A stretch of 64,000 bases of DNA from a bacterium (GTDB taxonomy: Bacteria > UBA10199 > 2-02-FULL-50-16 > JAJFLM01): positions 768,001-832,000 of the forward strand of contig CBDCFN010000016.1 of the NCBI GenBank assembly GCA_965216315.1, read 5' to 3'. Shown piece by piece: positions 18,830 through 29,910 of this stretch. Every line of letters begins with the position of its first letter. The stretch's first letter is position 1. Under the pieces are notes generated by a model. The model worked only from the letters and a program-made list of their open reading frames with translations, was not told the origin of the DNA and made no database searches. Made by a program: the position numbers and the translations under genes.

Positions 18830-19693
18830 ATGTCGGAAGCACCTATCGGTATCATCGGAGGTAGCGGTCTCTATCAAATAGATGCCGTAAAAATTGAAGA
18901 AGAGATCACCGTTGATACGCCTTTTGGGGCACCATCCGATCAGCTTATGCGCGGGACTCTGTCAGGACGCCAAGTCATTTTTCTTGCCCGTCATGGACGT
19001 GGACATCGCATCGCGCCGTCGCAGCTGAATTACCGTGCGAATATCTATGCCCTCAAGCAGCTGGGGGTGGATTATATTATTTCCGTCGGAGCGGTTGGAA
19101 GTATGCGCGAAGAGATTGTGCCCGGACATGTCGTGGTGATCGATCAATTTTTCGATCGAACCCGTGAGCGACCCTCAACTTTTTTTGATGAGGATGTGGT
19201 CGTGCATGTGACTTTTGCCCATCCTGTTTCCGAAAGTCTGCGTCGCATTCTTATTGAGGCTGCAGAGGCGGCGGGGGCGACAGTTCATAAATCGGGGACT
19301 TATCTCTGTATGGAAGGCCCACAGTTCTCGACTCAGGCGGAATCTCACATTTATCGGCAGTGGGGAGTCGATGTGATTGGGATGACCAATTTGCAAGAAG
19401 CCAAGCTCGCACGCGAGGCAGAGATTGCCTATGCGACGCTTGCCATGTCGACGGATTATGACTGCTGGCATGAGGATCACGATGCCGTGACGGTTGATCA
19501 AGTGATTGCTGTCTTGGAACAAAATGCGCATCTTGCGGCAGAGATTATTAAATTGGCTGTACCGAAGGTGCCATCTGAGCCCGACCCTGTTGCGAGCAAT
19601 GCATTGAAAAATGCAATTATTGGAGATAAGGCACTGGTCTCAAAGGAGACAGTTCAAAAATTAAAGCCTATTCTGGGCAAATATTTTTTATAG
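18830..19693 (+). CDS. mtnP: S-methyl-5'-thioadenosine phosphorylase
   Basis: IGIIGGSG, ARHG, EGPQFST, VIGMT, TDYDCW. Confidence 0.95.
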   Translation: MSEAPIGIIGGSGLYQIDAVKIEEEITVDTPFGAPSDQLMRGTLSGRQVIFLARHGRGHRIAPSQLNYRANIYALKQLGVDYIISVGAVGSMREEIVPGHVVVIDQFFDRTRERPSTFFDEDVVVHVTFAHPVSESLRRILIEAAEAAGATVHKSGTYLCMEGPQFSTQAESHIYRQWGVDVIGMTNLQEAKLAREAEIAYATLAMSTDYDCWHEDHDAVTVDQVIAVLEQNAHLAAEIIKLAVPKVPSEPDPVASNALKNAIIGDKALVSKETVQKLKPILGKYFL

Positions 19694-19702
19694 GAGACTT
19701 TT

Positions 19703-20623
19703 ATGTCGTTACTTTGTGTTGGGTCGGTGGCACTTGACTCTGTGGAGACGCCTTTTGGCAAACGTGACAATATTCTTGGAGGGTCGGCGACGCATTTTTC
19801 GGTAGCGGCATCTTTTTTTACCGAGGTTAATCTTGTTGCTGTCGTGGGGAGTGATTTCCCTGAAGAGCACTTAGAGTTTTTACGTTCTCGCAATATTGAT
19901 TTGACCGGATTAGAAGTGGCAGACGGGGAAACATTTCGTTGGTCAGGGCGTTATGGCTTCGACCTCAATAATGCGGAAACCCTGGAGACTCAGCTAAATG
20001 TGTTTGCCGAATTTGCTCCGAAAGTGCCTGCTGCGTGGCAACGGCCACAAACGCTTTTTCTGGCGAATATCCATCCAAGCCTGCAAAGTCAGGTGCTGGA
20101 GAGCGTTCAAAGGCCGTCCTTGGTTGCTTTGGATACTATGAACTTTTGGATCGAAGGGGAACTAGAGGCTCTTAAGCAGACAATTAGTATGGTTGATTTG
20201 GTCATTATTAATGAAGCGGAGTGTCGGCAGTTGGCGAAAGAATCAAGTTTATTGAAGGCGACGCGTAAGATTCTTTCCTGGGGACCCAAAACGGTTGTTG
20301 CGAAGCAGGGTGAATATGGGGCCTTGCTCTTTCATGGAGACGGTATCTTTTCAGCTCCCGGATTCCCTCTGGAGCAAGTATTGGACCCCACCGGGGCCGG
20401 CGATAGTTTTGCCGGTGGCATGATTGGCTATCTCTCGCGAAGGGATAATCCGACATTTGAGGACTACAAACAGGCGGTTATATGTGGCAGTGTCATGGCT
20501 TCTTTTAATGTTGAGGATTTCAGTTGTGATCGTTTAAGGCAACTCGATATAAAGGAGATCGGACGGCGCTATGACTCATTTAGAAAACTTGTCAACTTTG
20601 AGTCAACGTCGATGAATTTATAA
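19703..20623 (+). CDS. PfkB family sugar/nucleoside kinase
   Basis: LGGSA and DPTGAGDSFAGG. Confidence 0.92.
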   Translation: MSLLCVGSVALDSVETPFGKRDNILGGSATHFSVAASFFTEVNLVAVVGSDFPEEHLEFLRSRNIDLTGLEVADGETFRWSGRYGFDLNNAETLETQLNVFAEFAPKVPAAWQRPQTLFLANIHPSLQSQVLESVQRPSLVALDTMNFWIEGELEALKQTISMVDLVIINEAECRQLAKESSLLKATRKILSWGPKTVVAKQGEYGALLFHGDGIFSAPGFPLEQVLDPTGAGDSFAGGMIGYLSRRDNPTFEDYKQAVICGSVMASFNVEDFSCDRLRQLDIKEIGRRYDSFRKLVNFESTSMNL

Positions 20624-20626
20624 ATC

Positions 20627-20998
20627 ATGACGATGGAAACTTTGGGTGCTTATCTAAGAAGGGAGCGCGAGTTCCGGAAGATATCGATTGAAGATATCGC
20701 GTTAGATACACGCATAAGTATTGCTTGTATCAAGGCACTCGAAAGAGATGCTTTGGATGAATTGCCGGCAGTCGCCTTCGTTCGAGGGTATCTTAAAGCT
20801 TACGCTGAGCATGTGGGCCTTGATGTTGCAGACGTATTGCTTCGCTACGAACAGTGTCTCACCGACAAACGGGAGTCCGCGGCAGCGGACGAAAAAAATA
20901 ATAAGCCGCCATGGCGTTGGAAATGGAAATATTTGTGGATTGCAATGATAATCGGGGCTATCGTTGCCTTGGCGGCCTACCTTAGCCAACTACAATGA
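20627..20998 (+). CDS. RodZ-like HTH protein with C-terminal TM helix
   Basis: LGAYLRRERE, FVRGYLKAYA. Confidence 0.85.
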   Translation: MTMETLGAYLRREREFRKISIEDIALDTRISIACIKALERDALDELPAVAFVRGYLKAYAEHVGLDVADVLLRYEQCLTDKRESAAADEKNNKPPWRWKWKYLWIAMIIGAIVALAAYLSQLQ

Positions 20999-21744
20999 CC
21001 AAGCATACAACCGATGGTATTGTCCTGCGGGTAACTGAATTTAGAGAATCCGATCGGATAGTTCTTTTTTATACACGCGACTTCGGTAAAGTGAGCGCGC
21101 TTGCGAAACATGCGACCAAGAGTCGGAAGCGTTTTGGAACCCAGCTTAATGTTTTTCAGCTGTTACGTCTGCATCTCAAACAAAAGCCAAATCGATCATT
21201 GGCTTTGCTTGAACAGGTGAAACCGGTGACGACCCTTAGCGGCATCTATAAAGATTGGCGGCGTATTGCTGCTGCCTGTGTTGTGGCGGATATGGCGAAT
21301 GAAATGACTCGAGAGGGAAGTGCCAACCCCAAAGTATTTGATGCCTGCCAAGAGGCATTGATCCGTCTCCATGAGGGGCGTGACTGGCAAGCTGCCCTGG
21401 GTTTTTTTGAATACGATCTTTTGAATGCCTCCGGCTATCGTCCGGCTGTGCGCGCTTGCGTTTCATGTCGTCGTGCTTGGGGTGAAGACGAGAGTGCCTA
21501 CTGGGTGCATAGCGCAGGGGGATCGCACTGCCGCGAATGTCTGCCGCATGGGTCAAGCTTTGAGATTCTTCGTCCGGAAGTGCTCAGGCGCCTGACTCAA
21601 ATCGCTTCGGGTGCCGCCGAGGACCAAGCGATGGCTCAATGTGCGACCTTACTCTATGATTTTATTCGCTATCATCTCGGCCGTCCCGTCCGCAGCTGGC
21701 AGTTTTTGCAGGAGATGGGCTTGCTGGATTCCGCCTTGCACTGA
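20995..21744 (+). CDS. recO: DNA repair protein RecO
   Basis: GIVLR...ESDRIV...GK...KSRKRFG; CxxC...CxxC zinc motif. Confidence 0.93.
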   Translation: MTKHTTDGIVLRVTEFRESDRIVLFYTRDFGKVSALAKHATKSRKRFGTQLNVFQLLRLHLKQKPNRSLALLEQVKPVTTLSGIYKDWRRIAAACVVADMANEMTREGSANPKVFDACQEALIRLHEGRDWQAALGFFEYDLLNASGYRPAVRACVSCRRAWGEDESAYWVHSAGGSHCRECLPHGSSFEILRPEVLRRLTQIASGAAEDQAMAQCATLLYDFIRYHLGRPVRSWQFLQEMGLLDSALH

Positions 21745-21776
21745 TGGCGGGAATACGCTAGTATTTTCGCTTACTT

Positions 21777-23426
21777 ATGCGCCAAATCCCTCGTTTCTTA
21801 AAAGCCTACCGGATGACCTTCAAGGTTTTGGCTTCCTATCTCTGGCTCCTGCTCCTCATTAAATTTTTTGGCAGCGAGCGGACGCGTGAACGCCAGGAGG
21901 CGTGTCATCGTCGGAATGCACAACGGATTGAAAAGACGATTTCAGAATTGAAGGGCCTATTTATCAAGGTGGGGCAGACCCTTTCGATCATGACTAATTT
22001 TTTGCCGGATCCTTTGACGCAAGGGTTGGAAGGGCTTCAGGATAAAGTTCCGCCGCACGCTTATGACGAGATCCAGGCTCGATTTGTTCAAGAGTTTGGC
22101 AAGTTACCCGAAGATATTTTTAAAGATTTTGAGTCGGAGCCGATTGCCTCCGCTTCACTTGGTCAAGTTCATCGAGCGCGTCTTCAAGATGGGACAGTGG
22201 CAGCCGTTAAAGTGCAGTACCCGGAAGTTGATAAGATCGTTGCGATTGACCTAAAAGTGTTGAAGCGCATCTTTTGGCTGCTCCATTTATTTTTTTCCGG
22301 CTATGGCATGAAAGAGGTTTATCTTGAGATAGCCGATATGGTGCAGAAAGAATTGGATTATCAATATGAGGGGAAGAATTTAGAGACACTTAAAGAAAAT
22401 TTTAAAGATGAAAAAGACTTTTTGTTTCCGGATGTTTTTTGGGATTACTCTACGAGTAAAGTGCTGACCCTTCGGTTTATGGAAGGTATCAAGATTACCG
22501 AAGTCAAGACTTTGCAGCAGAAGAATGTTGATTTGCGGGATTTAGCTGAAGTTTTGATTCGCGGGTACTGCAAACAGATCTTTGTGGATGGCGTCTATCA
22601 CGCTGATCCACACCCCGGTAATTTGTTGGTGAGCGTCCAGGCCGATGGCCGGTATCAGATTATACTGGTCGATTTTGGCGCAACAGCGCGCATTAGTGAG
22701 CAGATGCGCGAGGGGATTAGCCTTTTTGCTGAAGGACTGATTAAAAAAGATACGCGCATGATTGCGAATTCGCTGCGCCGGATGGGTTTCGTGGCGCGGG
22801 AAGGCGAAGAAGAAGCCTTCGATATGCTCGTCGAATATTTTTATTCAAAGTTGTCAGGGCTGAAATTAGAAAATTTCAAGAATCTGGATATAAGTCAATT
22901 TCACAATATTGAAGATTTGATCGAGCTCAAGAAGCTCAATATCAGTTTTCGGGATCTAATGAATTCATTTCATGTTCCCCGCGATTGGGTCCTGTTGGAA
23001 AGAACCCTTTTATTGGCCCTGGGTATAACCAGTCACTTAGACCCTAAATTAAATCCGATTGAGATTATTCTGCCGTACGCTGAAAAATTCGTACTTAAAG
23101 ATAAGTCGTTGGCAGATGTTGTCGTCAACATTTCTAAGGAAGTCATACTTTCTTACGTCATGTTGCCCAATGAAATTCAAAAAACTCTTAAGGCCCTTAA
23201 TAAGGGAGAGTTGGAGATTAGAAACCGTGATACGCGGATGCAAACAGAGCGGCTTGCGGCCTTGGGTCGCCAGGGTATTTTTGCCTTTTTAGGTGTGAGT
23301 GCGTTGGCTTTGGGGCATTGGTTGTCCCGAGAAGGGCAGGGTGCTATGAGCACATACCATTATTATGGCGCTGCGGTCTTTGGTGTGGCATTCTTAGTAA
23401 GTTTTCTAAGGAAAAGGAAAAGATAA
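21777..23426 (+). CDS. AarF/ABC1/UbiB family kinase
   Basis: IKVGQ, ASASLGQVH, AVKVQYP, HADPHPGN, DFG. Confidence 0.93.
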   Translation: MRQIPRFLKAYRMTFKVLASYLWLLLLIKFFGSERTRERQEACHRRNAQRIEKTISELKGLFIKVGQTLSIMTNFLPDPLTQGLEGLQDKVPPHAYDEIQARFVQEFGKLPEDIFKDFESEPIASASLGQVHRARLQDGTVAAVKVQYPEVDKIVAIDLKVLKRIFWLLHLFFSGYGMKEVYLEIADMVQKELDYQYEGKNLETLKENFKDEKDFLFPDVFWDYSTSKVLTLRFMEGIKITEVKTLQQKNVDLRDLAEVLIRGYCKQIFVDGVYHADPHPGNLLVSVQADGRYQIILVDFGATARISEQMREGISLFAEGLIKKDTRMIANSLRRMGFVAREGEEEAFDMLVEYFYSKLSGLKLENFKNLDISQFHNIEDLIELKKLNISFRDLMNSFHVPRDWVLLERTLLLALGITSHLDPKLNPIEIILPYAEKFVLKDKSLADVVVNISKEVILSYVMLPNEIQKTLKALNKGELEIRNRDTRMQTERLAALGRQGIFAFLGVSALALGHWLSREGQGAMSTYHYYGAAVFGVAFLVSFLRKRKR

Positions 23427-23920
23427 TGGTTGCTGAAAATGATACAACATCGCGAAATGTAAGTGATTCGTCCGTGGAGGCGACACATCTTGTCTTGCCG
23501 TCGGATGCAAATGCGTTGGGCACGATCTTCGGGGGGAAGTTGATGAGTTGGATTGACCTCGCTGCAGCGATTGCAGCGAGTCGTCATAGCCATAATGTTT
23601 GCGTGACGGCGTCGATGGATCGACTTGATTTCCATCATCCCATTCGGATCGGTGATATTGTTAATTTGAAGGCGAGTGTTAATTTTACCGGCAGGACGTC
23701 GATGGAAGTAGGGGTCCGTGTCGAAGCAGAAGACCCGCATACAGGAAAACGGATAAGGGCAGCGACTTCTTATTTGACCTTTGTTTCTTTGGATGAGGCT
23801 GGGCGACCCGTGCCAGTGCCCAAGGTTATTCCAGATACTCCGGATGAGCAGCGGCGCTATGAAGCGGCCCAAGTGAGACGCGCTCAGCGCTTGGCGGAAG
23901 CGAAAAAGAAAAAGTCATGA
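23426..23920 (+). CDS. Hotdog-fold acyl-CoA thioesterase (YciA-like)
   Basis: DANALGTIFGG, GRTSMEVGV. Confidence 0.93.
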   Translation: MVAENDTTSRNVSDSSVEATHLVLPSDANALGTIFGGKLMSWIDLAAAIAASRHSHNVCVTASMDRLDFHHPIRIGDIVNLKASVNFTGRTSMEVGVRVEAEDPHTGKRIRAATSYLTFVSLDEAGRPVPVPKVIPDTPDEQRRYEAAQVRRAQRLAEAKKKKS

Positions 23921-26280
23921 GTGATGATCAATCGTTGATTCTGGTTGAGGGGAAGCAACCCCCTAATCTTTTTATTTTACCGCTCCTTAATGTCGTGCCG
24001 CTTCCGGGGATGGTTTTTCCAATTGGTATTCGGACGGAGCGACCCAAGGAGACCATCGAGCGCTCTCTGGGTCAGGACGAACTTCTGGGCCTGTTTTATT
24101 CGGAACAGCGAGATCAAGGCAAAGGCTCAATAGACGTTGCGAAAGTCGATGACTTACATTCTATTGGTGTCAGTGCCCGTATTCTGAGACGAGTGAAATT
24201 GCCGGATGGTAATTGGACCATTTTTGTTCAGTGTTTTCAACGAATTCAACTTGAACGGGTTGTTCGAGAGCAACCGTTTATTCTGGGTCGCGTCGAGTAT
24301 CTTCGCGATGAAGTAAAAGACTCAAAGAAATTGCAGGCGCTCATGCGGAATGTGGGCCAATTGATCGCGCAATACATTAAATTTTCTCCCAATCTCACAG
24401 ATGAAATCAGCATGTCATTGATGAACATACAAGAACCGGGGGCGCTCAGCGATTTTATCGTGGGTCATTTGCCCGTCGGAATAGAAGAACGATTAAAATT
24501 ATTAGATACATTGAATGTGACGAAACGATTGGAGCGGGTTTCGTCGATTCTGCTGAAGGAGATTGAGCTCGCAAAGTTGGGCACTAAAATGAATGAGGAT
24601 CTCTCCGAGAAAATAGAGGAGAGGCAAAAAGAATTTATGCTTCGTGAGCAGATCAAGTTGATCCGTAAAGAACTCGGTGAAGAAAAGGACGAAAGAGAGG
24701 AGCTCCGTGAAAAATATGAAGCGAAGATCAAGGAATTGGAGATACCGGAAAAGGTCGTGGAGAAAATACACTATGAGATGAAACGCATCTCAACGATGAT
24801 TCCGGAGGCGGCCGAATATCATGTGATACGCTCGTATCTGGATTGGCTGACGAGCTTGCCCTGGAATGTCATGACGGAAGATCAACTCGATTTGAAGCGG
24901 GCACAGCAAGTGTTGGACGAAGATCATTACGGCTTGGAGGATGTTAAAGAGCGTATTCTGGAATTTCTCGCCGTTCGCAAGATTAAGCCGGACCGAAAAG
25001 GATCCATTCTGTGTTTTCTCGGACCTCCCGGAGTCGGTAAGACGTCGCTGGGGCGATCCATTGCGCGTGCCCTTGGTCGTAAGTTCTATCGATTTTCGCT
25101 GGGGGGGATGCGCGACGAGGCGGAAATTAAAGGGCATCGTCGGACCTATATTGGCGCCATGCCCGGTAAAATTATCCAAGCCATTAAGTCAGCCGATACA
25201 CGAAATCCCGTCCTCATGCTGGATGAGATTGATAAGGCGGGGTCCGATTGGAGAGGCGATCCTTCTTCGGCACTTCTCGAGGTCTTAGATCATGAACAGA
25301 ATAATGCCTTTGTCGACCACTATCTTGACGTCCCGTTTGATCTTTCCGATGCCTTTTTTATAGCGACGGCTAACGTAGCCGATACGATTCCCCAGCCCTT
25401 GCTTGATCGGATGGAGGTCATCGAAATTCCCAGTTATCTTCCCGAAGAGAAGATTGAGATTGCGAGACGCTATCTGTTGCCGCGCCAATTGGAAAAACAT
25501 GGCCTGAATAAAAAACATCTAGGTATTTTGCGAGCTGCGATGAAGTGCATCGTGACGCAATACACTCGTGAAGCGGGTGTGCGCGGTTTGGATCGAGAAA
25601 TAGCGCGTGTCTGCAGGAAGGTTGCGATGAAAGTCGCCGGCGGGCGCAAAAATACGGTTGTTACGTTGCGCAACGAGAAAGATGTCCAAAAATATTTAGG
25701 TCCGCCGAAGGCAGGCGAAGATTTTGATAACCGCGTGAAACGCCCAGGAGTTGTCCTCGGACTGGCCTACACATCAGTAGGCGGGCAAGTTCTTTGCATT
25801 GAGGTCTCACGTATGAAGGGCAAGGGTCGTCTCCAGTTAACGGGCCAGCTGGGCGATGTGATGAGTGAGTCCGCTCAGCTCGCCGTCTCCTTTATAAGGG
25901 CACACGGTAGGGCTTTTGGGTTGGCTCCTGATGTGCTTGAAGGTTGGGATGTGCATATTCATTTCCCCGCCGGGGCGGTAAAGAAAGATGGCCCGTCAGC
26001 CGGTATCACGATCGTGACAGGACTTATTTCGATGCTGAAGGGGAAACCGGTCAAGGCAAGACTTGCGATGACGGGGGAGGTAACCTTAACGGGTAATGTC
26101 CTGCCGGTCGGAGGCTTGCGCGAAAAGGTCGTTGCGGCACGCCGTTATGGCATGAAAACGGTGATAGCGCCTGCCGCGAATAAAAAGGATATCGCTGAGT
26201 TAAAACCGGACCTTACCAAAGGGCTTAAATTCGTTTATGCTAAGACCTATAAAGATGTCTACAAAGAGGCCTTTCGATGA
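23917..26280 (+). CDS. lon: ATP-dependent protease Lon
   Basis: GPPGVGKTS, GHRRTYIGAMPG, KDGPSAG. Confidence 0.97.
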   Translation: MSDDQSLILVEGKQPPNLFILPLLNVVPLPGMVFPIGIRTERPKETIERSLGQDELLGLFYSEQRDQGKGSIDVAKVDDLHSIGVSARILRRVKLPDGNWTIFVQCFQRIQLERVVREQPFILGRVEYLRDEVKDSKKLQALMRNVGQLIAQYIKFSPNLTDEISMSLMNIQEPGALSDFIVGHLPVGIEERLKLLDTLNVTKRLERVSSILLKEIELAKLGTKMNEDLSEKIEERQKEFMLREQIKLIRKELGEEKDEREELREKYEAKIKELEIPEKVVEKIHYEMKRISTMIPEAAEYHVIRSYLDWLTSLPWNVMTEDQLDLKRAQQVLDEDHYGLEDVKERILEFLAVRKIKPDRKGSILCFLGPPGVGKTSLGRSIARALGRKFYRFSLGGMRDEAEIKGHRRTYIGAMPGKIIQAIKSADTRNPVLMLDEIDKAGSDWRGDPSSALLEVLDHEQNNAFVDHYLDVPFDLSDAFFIATANVADTIPQPLLDRMEVIEIPSYLPEEKIEIARRYLLPRQLEKHGLNKKHLGILRAAMKCIVTQYTREAGVRGLDREIARVCRKVAMKVAGGRKNTVVTLRNEKDVQKYLGPPKAGEDFDNRVKRPGVVLGLAYTSVGGQVLCIEVSRMKGKGRLQLTGQLGDVMSESAQLAVSFIRAHGRAFGLAPDVLEGWDVHIHFPAGAVKKDGPSAGITIVTGLISMLKGKPVKARLAMTGEVTLTGNVLPVGGLREKVVAARRYGMKTVIAPAANKKDIAELKPDLTKGLKFVYAKTYKDVYKEAFR

Positions 26281-27077
26281 ATAAACGTAACAAAAGAAAA
26301 CTTCCCTTATTCCTCCTCTTTTCGCTTCTCTTTCATGCCCTCTTAATCCTTTTTATTGCGACCAAGCCAGCTGAACGTGAAGCGGAAAAGCTAGCCCCAT
26401 TAGACGTTGAGATTCTCCAGCCCAAACAGATTGCCGATATACAAAAGCCGAAAGAGCAAAAACGGCCTCAAAAGGCCAAATTTATTGGGCAGTATGACAG
26501 TACGGTCAAGGAAGAACGGGTAGCGGTGACACCGCCGAAAAAGGGGACTCCCAGGCCCCAGCGGGCAATTGAACGGCCGAAGCAAGTAGAGAAACCCGAG
26601 AAAAAACCGGATAAGTTGGCCGCGCTGTTTGCGAAAAAAAAAGAACAGGCACAGAAGAAGAGTTCGGGTAATCGAAAGGCCGCGAAACGTTTTGGCGAAT
26701 TGCCACAGGATTTTTATCCCGATTATAAGATCGGGCCGCACACTTATTTGAATGTACTGCGCTTCCCCGATGTGCAGTACTTTGTGCGGCTTAAACGCAT
26801 TTTTAAGCTGACCTTCAACCCGGTGCCGGTCCTGCGTCAGTATGTCTATGCCAATCAAGTTTCACGTGGCCATGTAGAGGTCGTGCTTGGTGTCGTTGTC
26901 GCCCCGAGCGGCCGGTTAGCCCGTCTCTTTGTGATTCGCGGTTCCGGGTTTGGTAAATACGACCAGGAGGCGCTCAGAACCGTGCGTGATAGTTCCCCTT
27001 TCACAAAGCCACCCGCCAAGTTATTAGGCCCCGACGGTCAGCTCCGCATGAGTTGGACGTTTACGGTTTATTTGTAA
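26277..27077 (+). CDS. TonB/TolA-like energy transducer
   Basis: SLLFH TM motif, K/P-rich linker, C-terminal GSG..YD..AL...SPF..PP. Confidence 0.8.
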   Translation: MNKRNKRKLPLFLLFSLLFHALLILFIATKPAEREAEKLAPLDVEILQPKQIADIQKPKEQKRPQKAKFIGQYDSTVKEERVAVTPPKKGTPRPQRAIERPKQVEKPEKKPDKLAALFAKKKEQAQKKSSGNRKAAKRFGELPQDFYPDYKIGPHTYLNVLRFPDVQYFVRLKRIFKLTFNPVPVLRQYVYANQVSRGHVEVVLGVVVAPSGRLARLFVIRGSGFGKYDQEALRTVRDSSPFTKPPAKLLGPDGQLRMSWTFTVYL

Positions 27078-27081
27078 AAAA

Positions 27082-28566
27082 TTATTTTTCGTAACGGAGC
27101 TTGAGTTCTTTGACGGCCTTGGCTTCGTCTAGTAACCCGATCTGGGTGTTATGAGGTGCAGAATGAACGAGTTCAGGATTACTCGCAGCTTCTTCCGCGA
27201 TCGCGAGCATCGCATCGCAGAAACGATCGATAGCTTTTTTGCTCTCCGTTTCAGTCGGTTCAATCATGAGGGCCCCGGGCACGATTAAGGGGAAGTAGAT
27301 AGTCGGGGGATGAAAGCCATAATCCATCAAACGTTTGGCGATTTGTAAGGTCTTGACGCCATGGGCATTTTGTTTCTTGTCTGAAAAGACGACTTCGTGC
27401 ATCGATTGCTGTTGGTAAGGCAATTCATAGGCATCACTCAAGAGGGCGCGAATATAATTAGCATTCAGTACTGCAAGTTCGGCGACGCGTCTTAGCCCTT
27501 CGGCACCCATTTCAAGGATGTAGGTATAGGCGCGGACGAGGATGCCGAAATTGCCATAGAAAGACTGCAAGCGACCGATGCTCTGTTCGTATCCTTCATT
27601 CCATTTATACTCGTCACCTGCTTTTTCAATGCGAGGAATGGGCAAGAAAGGTTCTAAGACTTTTTTGACGGCGACAGGTCCGGCGCCGGGACCGCCACCC
27701 CCGTGCGGTGTCGTGAAGGTCTTGTGTAGATTCATGTGGAGGACGTCGACGCCCATGTCGCCAATCAATGTTTTGCCAAGGAGTGCGTTGAGGTTGGCGC
27801 CATCACAGTAAACGAGCCCACCGTGTTCGTGGACAATGTCGCAGATTTCCTTGATGTGAGGTTCGAAGATGCCCAAAGTATTCGGGTTGGTCAGCATGAT
27901 CGCTGCGACTTCATCATCGATAACAGCGCGCAGAGCATCTGGGGTCAGAATCCCTTTGGCGCCGGTTTTTATTTCGACAACCTTGTAACCGCTCATGGCG
28001 CAACTGGCTGGGTTCGTGCCGTGCGCGCTATCGGGAATCAATACCTTTTTGCGGGGATTTCCCTGCGTCTCATGGTAGGCGCGTATCATTAAAATGCCCG
28101 CCAATTCGCCTTGGGCGCCGGCAGCCGGTTGGAGCGTGATCGCGTCCATTCCAGTAATGGCGAGGAGGGCTTCTTGTAAGCCGTACATCAGTTCGAGATT
28201 CCCTTGCGCCGTTTCATCGGGTTGTAATGGATGGGCGTGAGCAAAGCCCGTATAAGCGGCAACCTCTTCATTGATCTTCGGGTTATATTTCATCGTGCAG
28301 GAGCCGAGGGGGTAAAAATTAGTATCGATGGAAAAATTCCACTGGGAGAGGCGGGTGTAATGGCGCATGACTTCCGGCTCAGAGACTTCGGGAAGTTTGG
28401 CTTCATCAGTTCGACGCAGTTCTTTGGGAAGAGAGACGTCAATGTCCGCAGAGTTGAAACTGTAGCCGATGCGACCTGGGCGAGAACGTTCAAAAATTAA
28501 GGGCTCGCGCCAACTATGGCCACTCGTTCCCGAAAAGGTGCGCGTCTTAGTCTTGCGCGAGGGCAT
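27082..28566 (-). CDS. gcvPB: Glycine dehydrogenase subunit 2
   Basis: PLGSCTMKYNP, HKTFTTPHGGGGPG. Confidence 0.96.
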   Translation of the reverse strand: MPSRKTKTRTFSGTSGHSWREPLIFERSRPGRIGYSFNSADIDVSLPKELRRTDEAKLPEVSEPEVMRHYTRLSQWNFSIDTNFYPLGSCTMKYNPKINEEVAAYTGFAHAHPLQPDETAQGNLELMYGLQEALLAITGMDAITLQPAAGAQGELAGILMIRAYHETQGNPRKKVLIPDSAHGTNPASCAMSGYKVVEIKTGAKGILTPDALRAVIDDEVAAIMLTNPNTLGIFEPHIKEICDIVHEHGGLVYCDGANLNALLGKTLIGDMGVDVLHMNLHKTFTTPHGGGGPGAGPVAVKKVLEPFLPIPRIEKAGDEYKWNEGYEQSIGRLQSFYGNFGILVRAYTYILEMGAEGLRRVAELAVLNANYIRALLSDAYELPYQQQSMHEVVFSDKKQNAHGVKTLQIAKRLMDYGFHPPTIYFPLIVPGALMIEPTETESKKAIDRFCDAMLAIAEEAASNPELVHSAPHNTQIGLLDEAKAVKELKLRYEK

Positions 28567-29905
28567 TGCCGAGTTTTCTGCTGAAGGTTGCGATTTCTTC
28601 ATCTGTATTCATTTCGGTTACACTTACAAGTAAGTAGTTTTCCAATTGAGGATACCATTGTCTTATGGCGACCCCGCCAAGTATGCCTTCGTTGCGCAGG
28701 GCTTCTAAGAGACTTGCCGGTTCACGGGGGACTTTGATGACAAATTCATTAAAGGTTGCACCGGTGAATGGGAGGCTGATGCCCGGTATCTGCGCGAGCT
28801 GTTGCTTGGCCAGCTCTGATTTCTTGAGATTGTCGGATGCGATATGACGAAAACCGCGGCGGCCGAGGAGCGACAAAGTGATAGTGGCGGCGAGTGCGCA
28901 GAGGCTGACATTTGTGCAGATGTTTGATGTCGCCTTTTCACGCCTTATGTGTTGTTCCCTTGTCGCAAGCGTTAATACGTATCCTCTTTCTCCATTGCAA
29001 TCGACCGTTTCGCCGACGAGACGACCTGGTACTTGCCGCGCGTATTTTTTATGGGTTGCGAATAGACCTAGCGAGGGGCCTCCGTATTGAATGGCATTGC
29101 CGAACGATTGGCCTTCAGCCGTGGCAATATCGGCTCCCATTTCGCCGGGGGACTTGGCGAGCGCTAGGGCCCAAGGTTCAGCTGTACTCGTGATAAGGAG
29201 CGCTCCGGCTTGATGCGTTTGTTCGGCGACATCTTCAAAATTTTCTAAGATGCCAAAAAAGTTAGGGTATCCGACAACGACGCAACTGACATCGTCTGCC
29301 AAGGCCTCACTAAGAGCCTTTCGATCAAGTCGGCCACTTTGACTTTCAAAAGGGACCTCTTCGATCGTGACATCTGAAAAACGTAAGTAGGTGTTAACGA
29401 CTTGGCGATACTCTGGCGGCAAAGTTCGTGCGATGAGAATGCGTCGGCGTTTATTGATACGCATCGCGGTGAGAATGGCTTCGGCGACAGCGCTGGCGCC
29501 ATCGTAATTGGAAGCGTTAGCGATTTCGAGGCCGCAGAGCTCGGAAACCATCGTTTGGAATTCATAGAGGGCCTGAAGGGTTCCTTGGCTCACCTCGGGC
29601 TGATAGGGTGTGTAAGCGGTTGCGAATTCGCTGCGACTTACCAAGGTTTTGACGGCACTCGGGACATAATGTCGATAGGCCCCCGCGCCTAAAAAATTAA
29701 TCCAATCATTTCCGTGCGCATTCCGGCGACTGAGGCGCCTGAGTTCTTCGCGCAATTCCAACTCCGTGTATGGAGGGGGGAGTTGGAGGTTTTCTTTAAG
29801 TTTTAGTTCAGGGGGAATGCAGGTAAAGAGATCATCGATTGATTTGACGCCAATCACCTGCAGCATTTGATCAATGTCATCAGGGGTATGAGGCAGATAG
29901 CGCAT
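28547..29905 (-). CDS. gcvPA: Glycine dehydrogenase subunit 1
   Basis: AYTPYQPEVSQG, TREQHIRREKATSNICTN. Confidence 0.96.
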   Translation of the reverse strand: MRYLPHTPDDIDQMLQVIGVKSIDDLFTCIPPELKLKENLQLPPPYTELELREELRRLSRRNAHGNDWINFLGAGAYRHYVPSAVKTLVSRSEFATAYTPYQPEVSQGTLQALYEFQTMVSELCGLEIANASNYDGASAVAEAILTAMRINKRRRILIARTLPPEYRQVVNTYLRFSDVTIEEVPFESQSGRLDRKALSEALADDVSCVVVGYPNFFGILENFEDVAEQTHQAGALLITSTAEPWALALAKSPGEMGADIATAEGQSFGNAIQYGGPSLGLFATHKKYARQVPGRLVGETVDCNGERGYVLTLATREQHIRREKATSNICTNVSLCALAATITLSLLGRRGFRHIASDNLKKSELAKQQLAQIPGISLPFTGATFNEFVIKVPREPASLLEALRNEGILGGVAIRQWYPQLENYLLVSVTEMNTDEEIATFSRKLGNALAQD

Positions 29906-29910
29906 TAATT